Shown here one piece after another: positions 11,903 to 24,246 of a stretch of 64,000 nucleotides of DNA (positions are counted from its first letter, which is position 1; each line of letters starts with the position of its first letter). The DNA is from Iphione sp. A-MEVVRFRX5. Taxonomy: Eukaryota. The notes under the pieces were generated by a model, which worked only from the letters and a program-made list of their open reading frames with translations, ran no database searches and was not told the DNA's origin. The position numbers were made by a program, and so were the translations under genes. The stretch lies in NCBI GenBank assembly GCA_976226885.1, contig OZ320317.1:100378001-100442000 (forward strand), in the 5' to 3' direction.

Positions 11903-14202
11903 ATGCATGATGTCAAACGCTTCGGGGGATTGACTATTCATCACTTGAATGTACGCAGCATCGAAGGTAAGATATCTGAACCTACTTTATCACTGAATAA
12001 CACAAACCCAGACCGTTTGGTTATTACAGAATCATGGTTGGATAAGGGGATACCCGATAGTCTGTTAAGATTTGTAAATTATTCTATTTTTAGGCAAGAT
12101 AGACTTACAGGTAGTGGGAGGGGGATATTAGTCTTTCTCTCAAATAAGTTAACCTCATATACAGACTCAATTGATTTCTGCGTACATTCGGGGGCTGATA
12201 TTGAGTGTCTAAGGCTTCATCTTAAAGTACCTTATAAAAAGGGATATATAATAGGATGCCTTTACAGACCTCCTAAAGGGAATATTACCAATCATATAAA
12301 CAGTGTGCAAGAGAAGATAGAGTACTGCACTGAACTGTTACAAAATAACAACATAATTCAGGTAGGTGACTTTATAAACTATAAATGCACGTGAGAGTAC
12401 CCCAAAGTGGATTAATGGTGAGTTATTAGATTTAATTAGGCAAAGACATCAGGTTTTGAACCGCTATCGTCGCTCATAGGCTTTGGAAGACAAGTTATCA
12501 GCCAAAATATTGCCTTATCGTGTGAGGAAACTGAGTAATAACTGCGTAATAACTAAAATATGACTACATAGAAGAAATACTGAGCCATACAGCCACTAAC
12601 CCGGGAAAATTTTGGTCCAGATTGAAACAGAGCTAGGGGTATTGTAAACCTTGAGTGAAGCCTGCTTTTAAAAAAATGACGGTTCCCTGCTAAGCACTGC
12701 GGAAATAGCTAAAGCTTTTAACAAACTTTTCTCTGAGATCAGATCAATGGTGTCACGTTCTCTACGAGACAGAGAATGCATAAGGGGAGCCCGAGGACAG
12801 ACTCATATGAACAGAGATACGTTCGTATGAGATGATAAAAGCTATGCTCTCACTTTCATCAAATAAGTCCAATCTAATATCATATCTGCCCATTGAATAA
12901 CTGAAACAAATCTTTTTGACTCTGTCAGATGAAGTAACAGAATTGTTTAATTGTTTGCTATCCAAATGTATTCCTGCCGACCTGGACAACTGGTGGTGTT
13001 AACGACCTAAATAATTACTCTCCAATCAGTCAACTGCCATTTATATCAAAAATCCTGGAAAAGATCATTTTTCAGAGACTAATGAATTATTTAGAGGACA
13101 ATAATCTATCATTTAACAATCAATATGGATTTAGTAGATCCCGGAGCACCGATAATGCTATTCATGCATTAAATAGGGATAATAGAAAAAAGATGCTTTG
13201 TTCACTTTCCAAAAGCATTCGAATCTGTCAGTCATTATGTGATTTTAGAAAAGTTAACTGAGATGGGGATGGAGGAGATTATACCCCTGATGAAATCATA
13301 CTTATGCAATCATTGGCCAGCTTGTGTGCTTGATGGTGAACAGTCAGGCAAAATGGCAATTCAGTGTGGGGTCCCTAAAGGATCCATTTTAGGGCCCTTA
13401 TTATTTCTCATATTCATTAAAAGTTTACCTGATGTCATAAGAGATAGTGTGTGCTATCTGTATCCAGACGATGTTGCCCTGATTTTGATTGCAACTTCCT
13501 TTCAGGAAGCGGAACAGGGCTTCAGAGAGACATTGACAAGTTGTTTGAATGGACGAAAAGGAATTGAAGTTGAGTGAATATGAAAAAAAAACCAGGTAAT
13601 GACTTTCTTTATGGTACCAAAAAGTAGGAAGTAAACATCACCATGAAACAAGAGGCACTTGAACAAGTAAGTGAGTTTAAATACCTTGGAGTTTACTTTT
13701 CCAGCAGCATGAATTGTGATGAACATATTAAAGGTATCCTTGTTAAAGGACAGCTAAAACTGTCACACCTTAGGGCGATTAAGCCTTGGGCTAATAGCTT
13801 ATCTCAATGAAAATAGTAAGAACCATGATTTTTCCAGTGTTGGAATACGGTAACTTTCTACTTGTAAGAACGACCAGTAGACACTTTCAGAAACTGATTA
13901 CCTTGCAAAGAGCCATCTATAGAGTGCATTGCTATCCTAACTCACTCCCAGCCAGATCGGAGATTGTCGACGAGATACTATATGCTCTGGACTCTACAAT
14001 ATTAAGATTGGGGTACATGCATAACAGCCTATCGGGTGCGAATCCGACATTAGTGGGTAATGTCAGGACTAGTAGTCTTGGTAGAAAGCACATACACTAT
14101 GTTATGCCTAAAAAGGAGGCTTTGAAATCGTCAATGAGCTTTAATTTTCAGAAACTATGGGAGAGTTCTAACCGTGGCCGAAACAAACTACATGTACAGT
14201 GA
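11903..14202 (+). pseudogene. LINE A ORF2 (APE endonuclease + RT), internally deleted and frameshifted
   Basis: APE motifs in 11903-12394; PKWINGELLDLIRQR linker; KILEKIIFQRL; PKGSILGPLLFLIFI; YPDD; C-terminal KSSMSFNFQKLW. Confidence 0.9.
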
Positions 14203-14388
14203 ACCTGAGAAGAAAGCAGTGTGGAAACAATTAAGATGAAGTAAGCGAATAATTGCTAACTATAAGGTGCCCTAAATAGTACATATCTGATATTATGAGC
14301 TGGAGAACACAGGTACAAAGCTGGTAAGGCCTGTTGGTACAACTCGAGGGCCGCTCTCCTGGTGCATATGATAGATATGGTGCATAGT

Positions 14389-14640
14389 CAGGCCCGTAGC
14401 TAGGAGATTTTGTGGGGGGTATCTTAAATTAGAGAGGTGGAACTCCTGGTAAGAGACGTGGAACTACTGGTAAGAGAGGTGGAACTCCTGGCAAGCAATC
14501 AACATATTTCCTCACATTTTCCTCACTTTTCCTCACTTCTGTTCACAAGTTTTATCATTTAAAGATATTTCTGGGTGGAACTAATGAGTCTTCTGGGGGG
14601 TATTGGACGATACCCTGATACCCCCTTGGCTACGGGCCTG
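14389..14640. mobile_element. hAT-like MITE in the LINE A 3' UTR
   Basis: Terminal inverted repeats CAGGCCCGTAGC / GCTACGGGCCTG; three internal ~21-nt repeats AGAGAGGTGGAACTCCTGGTA; 8-bp TSD not clearly preserved. Confidence 0.7.
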
Positions 14641-14803
14641 ATAATACGTTTGGAAAATGCACCGCTTCCCTCAACCACTCAACCTAAGTCTAATATCGGT
14701 TGCTTATTCAAATTGCTGGATGTTATTATCTGAGTGTAGATGACTAAATAATGAGTATTGCACCAGACTAATTGTTAGTTGCTGTCATGAGACCTTTATG
14801 GTA

Positions 14804-15093
14804 TGGACATGGTCCTGTTATACAGTAAATAGTAAATAATAGATAGTAAATAGTTGTTCAATATACTGCAATGCGGAAAGGACATGGTCAAAAAAATAGT
14901 TAATTATCTAACTACCCTCTACATATGGGGTAAGGACATGGTCCTACCAAAGTACGCTTTAGGTAGACATTTAAGTTGGAAATGGATATGATTCATAATT
15001 TATACTTACAATTTACATAGGTATGGACATAGTCCTTTTGTATTTGCTATAATTACCTCAGCTTTTGAAGAGGAGGTAAAGACAAGGTCCTAC
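14804..15093 (+). repeat. Five dispersed copies of the palindromic motif (A/T)GGAC-NNN-GTCCT in the LINE A 3' UTR
   Basis: Copies at 14804, 14879, 14933 (perfect AGGACATGGTCCT), 15024, ~15079. Confidence 0.75.
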
Positions 15094-15439
15094 CAAAACT
15101 TGATCAAGTGACCTTGGTTCGTACTAGAGCAGGTAACTTGGAAGGGATATGACCCTCGGCAGAGGTAACGTTGTGATGCGATGCTGCCTGCAGGATTGGT
15201 TGAGCACTTGTACCCCGGCAAAGGTGTGGCTCTGTGCAGGGAGGGACTCATACACCAACATTTATACATCTATATGTGTATGCATAAGATTATGCCTACA
15301 TATATATATATGTATAAAACCTACTAACAACTGTTAAATGAAGATAAGAATGTTATGTACAAAGTATTGTGCTGGCTGAAAATACTCAATGATGTATGTA
15401 ATATTGCCAGTTGAAATAAAGAATTATAAAGATAATAAT

Positions 15440-16050
15440 CCGTTCTCAGGTCACTACTCCAAAGTAAATATCCATCCTAGCAATGAACTCTCAAGGGAGA
15501 CTAACTCAGGTCAAAGACCATAATTCCCCAGTCCCAAAGTGAATTCTGACACTTCAAATCAACAGTCAGGACCAACTCAGGACATCAACCGAAACTATCC
15601 AGTCACAACCTCGATTGCCTAAATAAGTTTCAACTGTAGTTGTTTTGTACATTTACAATGCATCTGGTATGTACTAACTACAGTAAGTCTCTGCCTAGAA
15701 TGACTGATTTTCATATATAGAATCCACGTTCAACGGGGATTCCCTTATCATAGGCTCAGGACACACTGAAGTACCATATGAGCACAGTTAAGGAGTTTAT
15801 AATCTCTTAATATATATTATCCTTGTCCTATCTGCATGAAGTAACACTAGATCTGTGTCAGTCAACTCAATTTATCTCAGCACTTCAGCCTGTCTGCTTT
15901 CTTTCCTCCTGTGTGTTGTGTTCTGGGATATTCCACCATTGGTAAATTAACATCATTTTCACCAGTTTTTTACCTTAAGGTATGTGTAGTATAGGCAGGA
16001 GTATCAAAGGGCGTAGAAGTGGTTCTCTCACCAATACATTTAAGGTTTGT
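15440..16050 (+). repeat. Upstream flank of transporter copy 1, duplicated at ~32660-33300
   Basis: Long collinear similarity, e.g. TGTACATTTACAATG, CCCTTATCATA, TTAAGGTATGTG in both. Confidence 0.75.
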
Positions 16051-17802
16051 CACCACTACTTGGCATGTTACATACCTAGCAGTTCCTTTCTATCAGTTGT
16101 GCTTTTACTAGATCATTTGTATTACACATTGTCTTACATACCAACCATAATTACCAGGCCTTCTTTGTATCTATTATCATGTAACATAAATGTCACATCT
16201 TTACTCTCTTTTTCATTCATGATACATAACTATCAGGTCTTTTTCTATTTATCATCATGCTCCAGTAATACAAGACCATATCTTGGGTATCAGTAGAATC
16301 ACTTTGATACTGCCATTCACGGAGTTGGATATTTGTTTGATAGTCAAACTGATGTCTCGTATCTGTTAGGTAAGAGCGGACACATTATCTTAGCAAATCA
16401 AATAGAAATATTTTGGCTATTTTCATCTCAGTAAAGTGTAATTCACCTAGCAAGCAAGGCTAATAAGGCTCTATGAACAGTAAGTGCTATAATTAACATT
16501 TTTAAATCTGCTTATGTTTCATGAAGGGCATATGTGTTGTGTCTGTGTATCATTATGACAGGATTTGCATGGCCACAATGTGGACTGTGAAAGGTTGATT
16601 GATGGAATGCCAATATATTGACATTTATTGCATCCATATCCATTGTCTGACCGAGCATCACACCAGAATGTCTACAAGATTACTGGTAGAGACAAGTTAA
16701 ATGGGTAACCTAGGGTTGAGGTGAGTTACACAAGAGGGTTGTGGCTAAAACTACAGACATATTATCCAGCCTTACTCATGGAACAATCAAGGTCCTCCAA
16801 CAAGGTCTGAACCAATAGAGTATCAAGCAGACACCAAAACACTTCAGACAGCATTTGTGGACACCCATCACCACTGTGAATCTCCGCTGTGGCAAGACTT
16901 TATGCAGTTATAAACACAGGTATATGTTGTGACCAGTGATATTCCAACCACAAAGGTACTGCTTTTTGGGGGGGCATCAGGAGGAAGATTTTGAAACTGC
17001 AAGGCAATGAGTTGGCAAGTTGCTATCAAGCAAGCCTACTTACTTAAAGAGTTAAAGAGATGCTAGAACCTCAGGCACATGCAGCCATGGGCATTATTTT
17101 GTTTGCAAGTGACACCGATGTTTCAGTTCCCCTTCTTTAGGGAGACTCCTAATGTATAACTTCTCATATAAAACCTTTCTTCTTTTACACAATAGGCAGA
17201 GTATAAATAGAGTGTATTACACAGACATAGCACAAGTCTTTGCCAGTAACAGGGTAACTTGTACACACGTGGTAGTCACACAAACGCTATCTCAGTATAA
17301 GCGTGTTTGTTAAAGATCGTCTTAACTATGGTCAATGTTCACATATTGCTTGTCTACAGAATCTATTTGCAGGGATCTAGCAAAACCTCGGGGTTTTCTT
17401 GAAGGAAACCTGGTTGAATTATCCCTTGAGGTCTATTATTCCATCATGGGATGCTTCTACAATGAATGATATGCTGATGTGTAATTCTGTACACATCTGT
17501 GTATAACTTTATACACATTAAAGAGTGTACATCTAACACATTTAGGGGCACCTATGGATTTTTGTGCCACACTAATGGAGTCTTTGTGAGTCTACAGTGA
17601 ACAGGATTAGGGCTGCCTCGATGAACAAGGTCCTTTGTATGGGTCTTCATATGCAGCAGTACAACTTACAAAATGCAATAACTTGTACATATCCCTTTCC
17701 TGGAAACAAATGATCAGCAATCAAAAAATATTTCTGAAGAAAAGTCTATGATTTAAAAGTATTATATGCTAAAGGAAAATTATTCTTTCCAGATCAATAA
17801 AG

Positions 17803-20800
17803 ATGCCTGATCACAGGAAAGAGACCTGCTCAGCATGGCTGACATGTGCAGCGTGCTTTTTACTTTTTACCATTATTGGTGGTTTCATCTGTTCAATGGG
17901 AGTGTTGTATATCATGTTTGAGGAAGCTTTGAGTGCTGAAAAGAGTGCAGTAGCTCTCATACCTTCTCTCCATTACTGCATTTACTGCATCACTGGTATG
18001 CTTACCTTCTTAGAATTACATTAGCAACCTGTCTTATGGTCAACTCGACTGGCCAGCAATCGCACAGTTATGAGCACTTAGGCTTTGTCCAAATGACCTT
18101 TCCTATAGGTTCAATCATTCAGAAATATGACCATCCCTCAGCAGCAGACAAATCAGTTCAGTCAGATTAGTAGGTTGCATTAGCGAGTTGCTACTATGTT
18201 TCCCTTACCACCTCTGTTGAGGTTTTTCTCTGAGATTTTGAATTTTAAAACTGCACTGGAAATTATAGGAATATTGCTGAACTGCAAAGAGCATATCTTA
18301 GAAAGTGCTAATTAATGTACCCTTGGTTTTTAGCCAAACTGCTCTGAAATGAGACATCTCCCCATTAGAGGCTTCCTTTAATTTAAAGCAAATTTTTTTT
18401 CTCTAAAGTTTCCTTTGAGAAAGAATATCCTGATTGGGAAAATGTTCTTAATATTGCTTTCCTCTTTTATATCTAAAGCTCACAATGATATTTCACTCAG
18501 ATGACTTTAGTCTCTTAAAACAATTTCATCATATAGGTCCTCTATCTGGTCTTCTTGTGGAACACTTTGGGGAGCGTAAGATTGCCATATTTGGTTCAAT
18601 CCTGTCTTCCTGTGGCACAGCACTGGGCTCATTAGCAACAGAGGTAGGCTTTTCATTACTTCTTAAGACTTTGTAAGACTTAAGACTTTGCCCAAAGTTA
18701 TGTAAATAATGTTAGAAGACAAACACTATCCTAACCATTGACTCCAAATACTCTCCCACCCGTTAATGACACTATGAGTTATTTAAGAAGCAAGCAATTA
18801 GTTGGCCACTGAAATATTGTTCAAAATTAGTCAGAAGGTGTCTTTTGCTAGATTCACTTGACCAGCCATCTATCAAGTACCTGTAAGGCTGTGACTATCT
18901 GAGTAGTTTTCACTTTCTCTATGCAGAATTGAGAATTACCTTTAAACATAGATTTTGACAGTAAATAGAATTATATCATTGTTATCAATGAAAGAAGCTA
19001 AGAGTCAAGGAACAAAGAACAAGACTTACCTTTTAGTAAGCTTTATTAATTTGATAAACAAAACATATACCATGCGCTGCCTGTAAGTTAGGGTAAAGCT
19101 TTAGATTTATATTTTTATCACCAGGCTTGCAGTAAGGCAATTTCTCAGGACCATGAAGTCATCAATAAGGGGAAGGATGAGAACATTAAGTGCAGTTAGA
19201 TGAGGTGATCTTGGATTAACCAGAGAAATCGGGTAGTTAAAAAATGCAACATTTGCCCTCTACTATCCAGTTTATAACCAGATTAAGACAACACATATAT
19301 TAAATGTATCTAAATTCTTCTATGTCTTCCAGGAATATATGATGTACCTAAGAAAGGAAAATATAAGATTGATAAAAGTCTCTCATGAGCCATATATGAA
19401 CAGCTGATGGTATGTTTCTTGTCTAGGTCACACATCTCTACATTACCTACAGTGTCACCAATGCTGCAGGTCTTACCCTGATAATGACTGCTTCGCTTGC
19501 TATTCTGGACAAGCACTTTCAAACAAAGAAGAACTTAGTCAATGGCATAGTTGAATCTGGCATAGCGATTGGTGCATTAGCTTTCCCACCTGCCATCAGA
19601 CTACTCGAGGGTGTATATGGCTGGAGGGGAGCTCTTCTGCTTCTGGCTGGCATCAACCTACAGATGGTTATTTGTGCATCATTGTTTAGACCAATTCATA
19701 GGACTAGATCTAGGCTGAGTGATTTAAAGACTCAGGAAAAAACATTAGATGCAGTGAAGATATCATTAGATCAGCCTAAAGAGACTGTGATGCTTGAACG
19801 GCTGAAACTATTTACTCAGATCCGATTCTCTTTCACCTGTTTACATTATTTGATCTTCACCTTTCCATACTGCCTACTTTATACTCACCTAGGGGCCTAT
19901 GTTTTGGCCCTGGGTTTCTCTTCAAAACACTCAGTCCTAATCTATACGACTATTGGGTGCATTTCAATGATAGCCAGATTTCTTATAGGTTTCCTTGCCT
20001 ATATGACTGGGGTTAATATATTCATTTTTCCACTGGTCAGCTCCTTTTTCCTTGGCATTTTTACACTTGTACTTCCCTTTTGTAAGGCACTCTGGATGAT
20101 TTACATATATAGTGCTCTTTTTGGATTGTTCAGTGCATCATTCAATTCCTTAATAATGCCAATAGCTGCTGATTTAGTGTCCTCTGAACTGCTTCCAACT
20201 GCAATAGGTATCATATTTTTGTTTCGTACACCAGGATCAATTGCTGGACCCCCTGTAGCAGGTAAGGCTATTCAATTCTATGTCTTATATTCTAGTCTAT
20301 TTCCAAATATAGTTATTATCATATAATCATAAACTAATCATCCCTAATTATGATGTGTGTGGAAATCACAGTGGCAATGCCATAACCTATTATCATTTAT
20401 GATGGTAACAGGTATTATATTTTCATTGTATTTTATGAATATATTTCATTGAGAATGTAAATAATAGAAAAGACAACATTCATTACAAACATGGCTGAAC
20501 TAGACCCTGGACAATTTTTGTCTTTCCTGCAGTCTGTTATCATTAAGGCAGTTTCTATATGGAGGGAAATTATTTTTTTCTTGAAAATATGAGTCTCTCC
20601 CAAATTTTGTTTTTTCCTGAAACTTGTGAATTTCTATTGCATTCATCTATGATGTTACTAAAGACACATTGTCAGACTGCAAAAGGAACCTGAATTAATA
20701 ACATGTCGTATCCGATCTCCTCTCATCAGTAGTTTCTCATACTCATTTATTATTCTCTCTTTCCAGCTTCACTTTATGATCTAACCGGCCAATATTCTAC

Positions 20801-20915
20801 CACACTCTTTACTGCTGGTGGTTTGACAATGCTAGCTGCACTATCCCTACTGCCAGTTCTCTTCAATACAAAAAAGACAGAGCAAAGCCTCCATCCTCAG
20901 TCTGATACTTTGTAA
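17803..20915 (+). CDS. SLC16/monocarboxylate-transporter-family MFS protein, copy 1; join(17803..17995,18537..18643,19427..20261,20767..20915), 427 aa
   Basis: GT-AG junctions with compatible phases; open frame; GPLSGLLVEHFGERK, KHFQTKKNLVNG, YGWRG and 12-TM-like hydrophobic pattern; identical exon structure in three paralogues. Confidence 0.9.
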
Positions 20916-22165
20916 AAAGTTTTGTTCTCATCAGATTGACATCTTGGATTGACATGTATTCATTTTAATGTTTTGATTTTCATCCCTTTATGCATTAAGG
21001 GTGTTTACAAAATATGGACCTTAGCATTCAGCATCATGGGATATACTTTTAAATTGAGTTTAGTTTATAAATTCCAAATTATCAATTTAGATTGGGTTTG
21101 TATCCAAATTCGTGAATATTTCCTGGACCTCCTGATTACATATTCTAGGCCTGGGTACTCAAGTTTCCAGATCACTCAAGCTAATTAGTTGTACTTTACT
21201 TAATGTAGTGGATGCAGGCCATATCAATCCCTTGCATTTTTGCATTGTGAATCTGAGAATGATCCAATATATGAATCTTATATCTTATATGTAAATAGTA
21301 AGATTGAGTAGTAAAGAAATTGTATGCTGTATTGTTGGGAAATGCTGTATTGCCACAAGGGTTCCAACTGTATTTAATAAAGGACATATCTCTGAATATG
21401 CAAACACTCTCTCCCTGTACTTTTATTAAAGATTCAAGCAGAGTTCTTGAAATGGAGTGAACAGAATTTCTTTGTTTGGACATTTTCCCAGTAGGGAGAT
21501 TGTGAACCATCACTGTCAACTCAGGCTACCATACATAATTATAAGTCCCATTAAGTTGGTTACTTTAGGTTATTCTTTTACAGCGTACTGACAAATGATC
21601 ATAACAGTTTAAAAGCTGTAAAATTAAAGGTTTGTATTTCACATAGGCAAAAGCCTTAGTTATTGTTTATTAGTCCTAAAACAAGCCATACCAATTGAAA
21701 AATAAGAAAAGATCTTTGTTTATTAATATGAAAAAAATGTGTATGATGTCAATCACATTATTTCATAAGAAAAGTATAACTTGGTTTGAAAATGATTTCA
21801 AAAGTACAAGTCAATAACATCTCATAAATGTTCAAGTCTCTAAAATACAAAATTGTCTTAATGGAGTACCTTTATCTTTGAGACCCTTTTTTGTTTTGCC
21901 TGTTTATCAATTTATCATCATCTTTGAAAATTAATTATGTTATATATTTTTGCTGATGATATGCTGGTTTGAGTTGTATCTAAACAAGATTAAGGCTTAA
22001 AAGGAAAACCATATGAGCGACAAGAATAAGCCTAGAATGTAGAATATCATACAGAATTCTGTCAAGTAAATGCAGAATCATGATCATTGCTATAAGAACA
22101 TGGTTATTCACACAGAGTACTATACACGGTCTTGTCCACCTTAAGATTCTATCAACTGTTGACTG

Positions 22166-22973
22166 TCGGGGTAAAGGTAGGGGAAGTTCTAAAAGGAAAA
22201 AAGAAAACAGCCCTGGTACCGAATTAAAAATGGACAAACAGGTCCTTGATGGTCTTTCACCCGAAATGAGGGTTCTTATGAATGAAATATTAGAAAACAG
22301 GCGAATTGCAAGTGAGGCATCGTCTGAAATAAGTTCTAGGCTAGAAAGTCTTGAATCTAAAGTTAGTAACTGTAATGCTACGGTGGGCATTAATACTAGG
22401 AGATTAGACACTGTCGAAGAACAATTAAAACAATTACAGAGTGAGAATGACTCACTTAAGGCTGAGGTTGCAGAATTAAAGAAAGTGAACCCAAAGGGTG
22501 CAGTCAGTAGAGACAAAGAATCATGGGATCGACGTTGGAGGCAGAATTGTGTGTTTATCGATGGCCTTAATGTGGAGGAGGATGAGGATTTGTTAAGCGA
22601 AGTTGTCTCATTCTTAGCAACCTTGGACTCAACTATTGAAGAGAGTGACATTGACGATGTTTTCCGTACAAATCGCAAAAATTCCTCTGGGAATCCAATA
22701 ATCTCAGTTAGATTCACTCGGAGCATTGCAAAGCAAAAGGTAATGAAAGCTAAAGGGCAGTTGAAAGGGAAGGACGTATGGATAAACCCTGATCTAACCC
22801 AAATCCAACGTAAGAACTTGGCTGTCGTTAAAAGTGCTTTAAGACATATCAGGTCTGTTGACGAGAATGTTGAAGTGAAACTGAAGGGGGACAAATTATC
22901 TGTAGATGGTACCATCTATACTGCTGAGAATCTATATAAGTTACCAGATCACCTGTGGCCCCCCCTGAGTTGA
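22166..22973 (+). CDS. LINE B ORF1: basic N-terminus, coiled coil, RRM/CTD-like region (first internal ATG 22230)
   Basis: KRKKENSPG; heptads; NCVFIDGLNVEEDEDL, DIDDVFR, PIISVRF, VWINPDLT, LSVDGTIY typical of L1-type/Crack-type ORF1 proteins. Confidence 0.85.
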
Positions 22974-23449
22974 TGGATGTTGAAGGTGAAAACGTGTTGT
23001 TTTCTGGGAAAAAATCACCGTTTTCGAACTTATACCCATGTGAACTCAGCTGGGATGGGAAAAAGTTCAGTAATGTCGAGCAGGCCTACACTTATTCTAA
23101 GTGTAAGGCCACTGGTATTAAATCGAAGCAATCACTAAGCGAACATACAACTGACTACAAGTCATTGAAAACCATCAGAAGTGACTTTCCCCCTATTGAT
23201 GAATGGGAGAAAACAAAGCTAGAAATCATGGGCGACCTGATTTTCAGTAAGTTCTCCTCTGATGATAAATTAAAGGAAATCTTGCTATCGACAGGGGATA
23301 AACTACTGATTGAAGCAACTCAAAACGACTTCTGGGGGGCAGGTGTAACTAAAAAGTCGAAATCACTACATGATAACACTTTCAAAGGGCAGAATCATCT
23401 GGGTAAGATTTTAGAAAGTGTAAGGCAGCATTTATCGTCAGATGCCTAA
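22955..23449 (+). CDS. NADAR/YbiA-family domain (C-terminal domain of ORF1, separated here by a 1-nt shift in a C7 run)
   Basis: FSNLYPC, F-S-N-V-E-Q-A-Y..K, W, KF...LKEILLSTGDKLLIEA...FWGAG, GQNHLGKILESVR: the full NADAR motif set. Confidence 0.92.
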   Translation: MAPPELMDVEGENVLFSGKKSPFSNLYPCELSWDGKKFSNVEQAYTYSKCKATGIKSKQSLSEHTTDYKSLKTIRSDFPPIDEWEKTKLEIMGDLIFSKFSSDDKLKEILLSTGDKLLIEATQNDFWGAGVTKKSKSLHDNTFKGQNHLGKILESVRQHLSSDA

Positions 23450-23562
23450 TTGCTGTGATTTTACGAATGACCGGTTCGGTCGGCTGAGGTAACCGTACTG
23501 GTCACACCGCTTTTGACACTGCATTGGCTGCCACACACCGTGTCATAGGCCCAGACGGTATT

Positions 23563-24246
23563 ATGGAGTACAATATGTCTATTCATGTTTTTGCCTCGTC
23601 TCATGGTAGGAGGCTTCAGGAATGTTTTCAAAGGCTGGGTTGGACGGTTTTCGTCCATGTTTATCCTGGAGCACGCCTGCGTGATATCTGTGAGCATATT
23701 TTGCTCGAGGACTGGTGGCCAATCCCAGACCTGGTGATAATTTATGCAGGAGGTAACGATATGACGAAGCTGATACGTATGGCTACACCTGAGGGAGGAA
23801 GCAAAAGGTATTTAGTGCCTCGATTTAATAACGCTGTTGTAGCTGCAGACACTGTTGAGTACTATTTATGGACAACAAGAACTGCAGTGCAAACAAAATA
23901 CCCATTGGCAAACATTATGTATTGTACCCTGTGTGCTGTGGACTATTCAACATATAACAATAGGTTGAATGGTTATGACTCTGGTTCTGCCCGTCGTATT
24001 TATGTTCAGGAGTTACTCAACGCCAGTATGATTCTACTGAACCAACGAATAGTCTCTGTGAACAAAACTTATGGGATACCCACGCCATGGACTGGTTTAG
24101 TAGTGCATAGTCGTAACAATGGGCGTTGGTGACATAGGCTATGCAGATACTACGATGGGTGCCATCTGCGTATTTATTGGAAAATGAGGCAACCGGAGAA
24201 GATAATTTCAGCTATTACTCATCTGTGGTATGGTGTGAGGTGGTGA
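23563..24246 (+). CDS. Stand-alone SGNH/GDSL-type hydrolase ORF (one in-frame TGA at 24130-24132)
   Basis: Block I VFASSHG, block II YPGARL, block III YAGGND, block V YDGCHL found by reading through the single stop. Confidence 0.85.

Larger units (their letters stand above)
6066..15440 (+). mobile_element. LINE A: degraded CR1/L2-group non-LTR retrotransposon (ORF1-NADAR / SGNH / APE-RT) carrying three secondary insertions; 5' boundary uncertain
   Basis: Collinear with LINE B: ORF1 pieces 6153-6896, NADAR halves, SGNH ORF, APE (HLNVRS, ITESWL, YRPP, GDF), RT pieces (PKGSILGP, YPDD), 3' stem CTGGC...GCCAG, AATAAA near 15416. Confidence 0.85.

Noticed and set aside
18485-18676. Stand-alone small ORFs overlapping transporter exons (also 17803..18024, 36547..36792, 55096..55332, 55731..55958)
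   Set aside because: Single exons read into flanking introns; the spliced models explain them.
22080-22165. ORF-track N-terminus of LINE B ORF1
   Set aside because: This segment is host flank duplicated at ~59570-59660, not part of the element.
21980-22915. 311-aa minus-strand ORF
   Set aside because: Antisense shadow of LINE B ORF1 (Ser/Leu-rich, no recognisable motif); it also runs into host flank.
22955-23449. Bacterial contamination or recent bacterial ybiA transfer
   Set aside because: The domain is embedded in LINE ORF1 in three divergent elements within intron-containing host DNA, with no bacterial neighbours. The ultimate origin of the domain remains untested.
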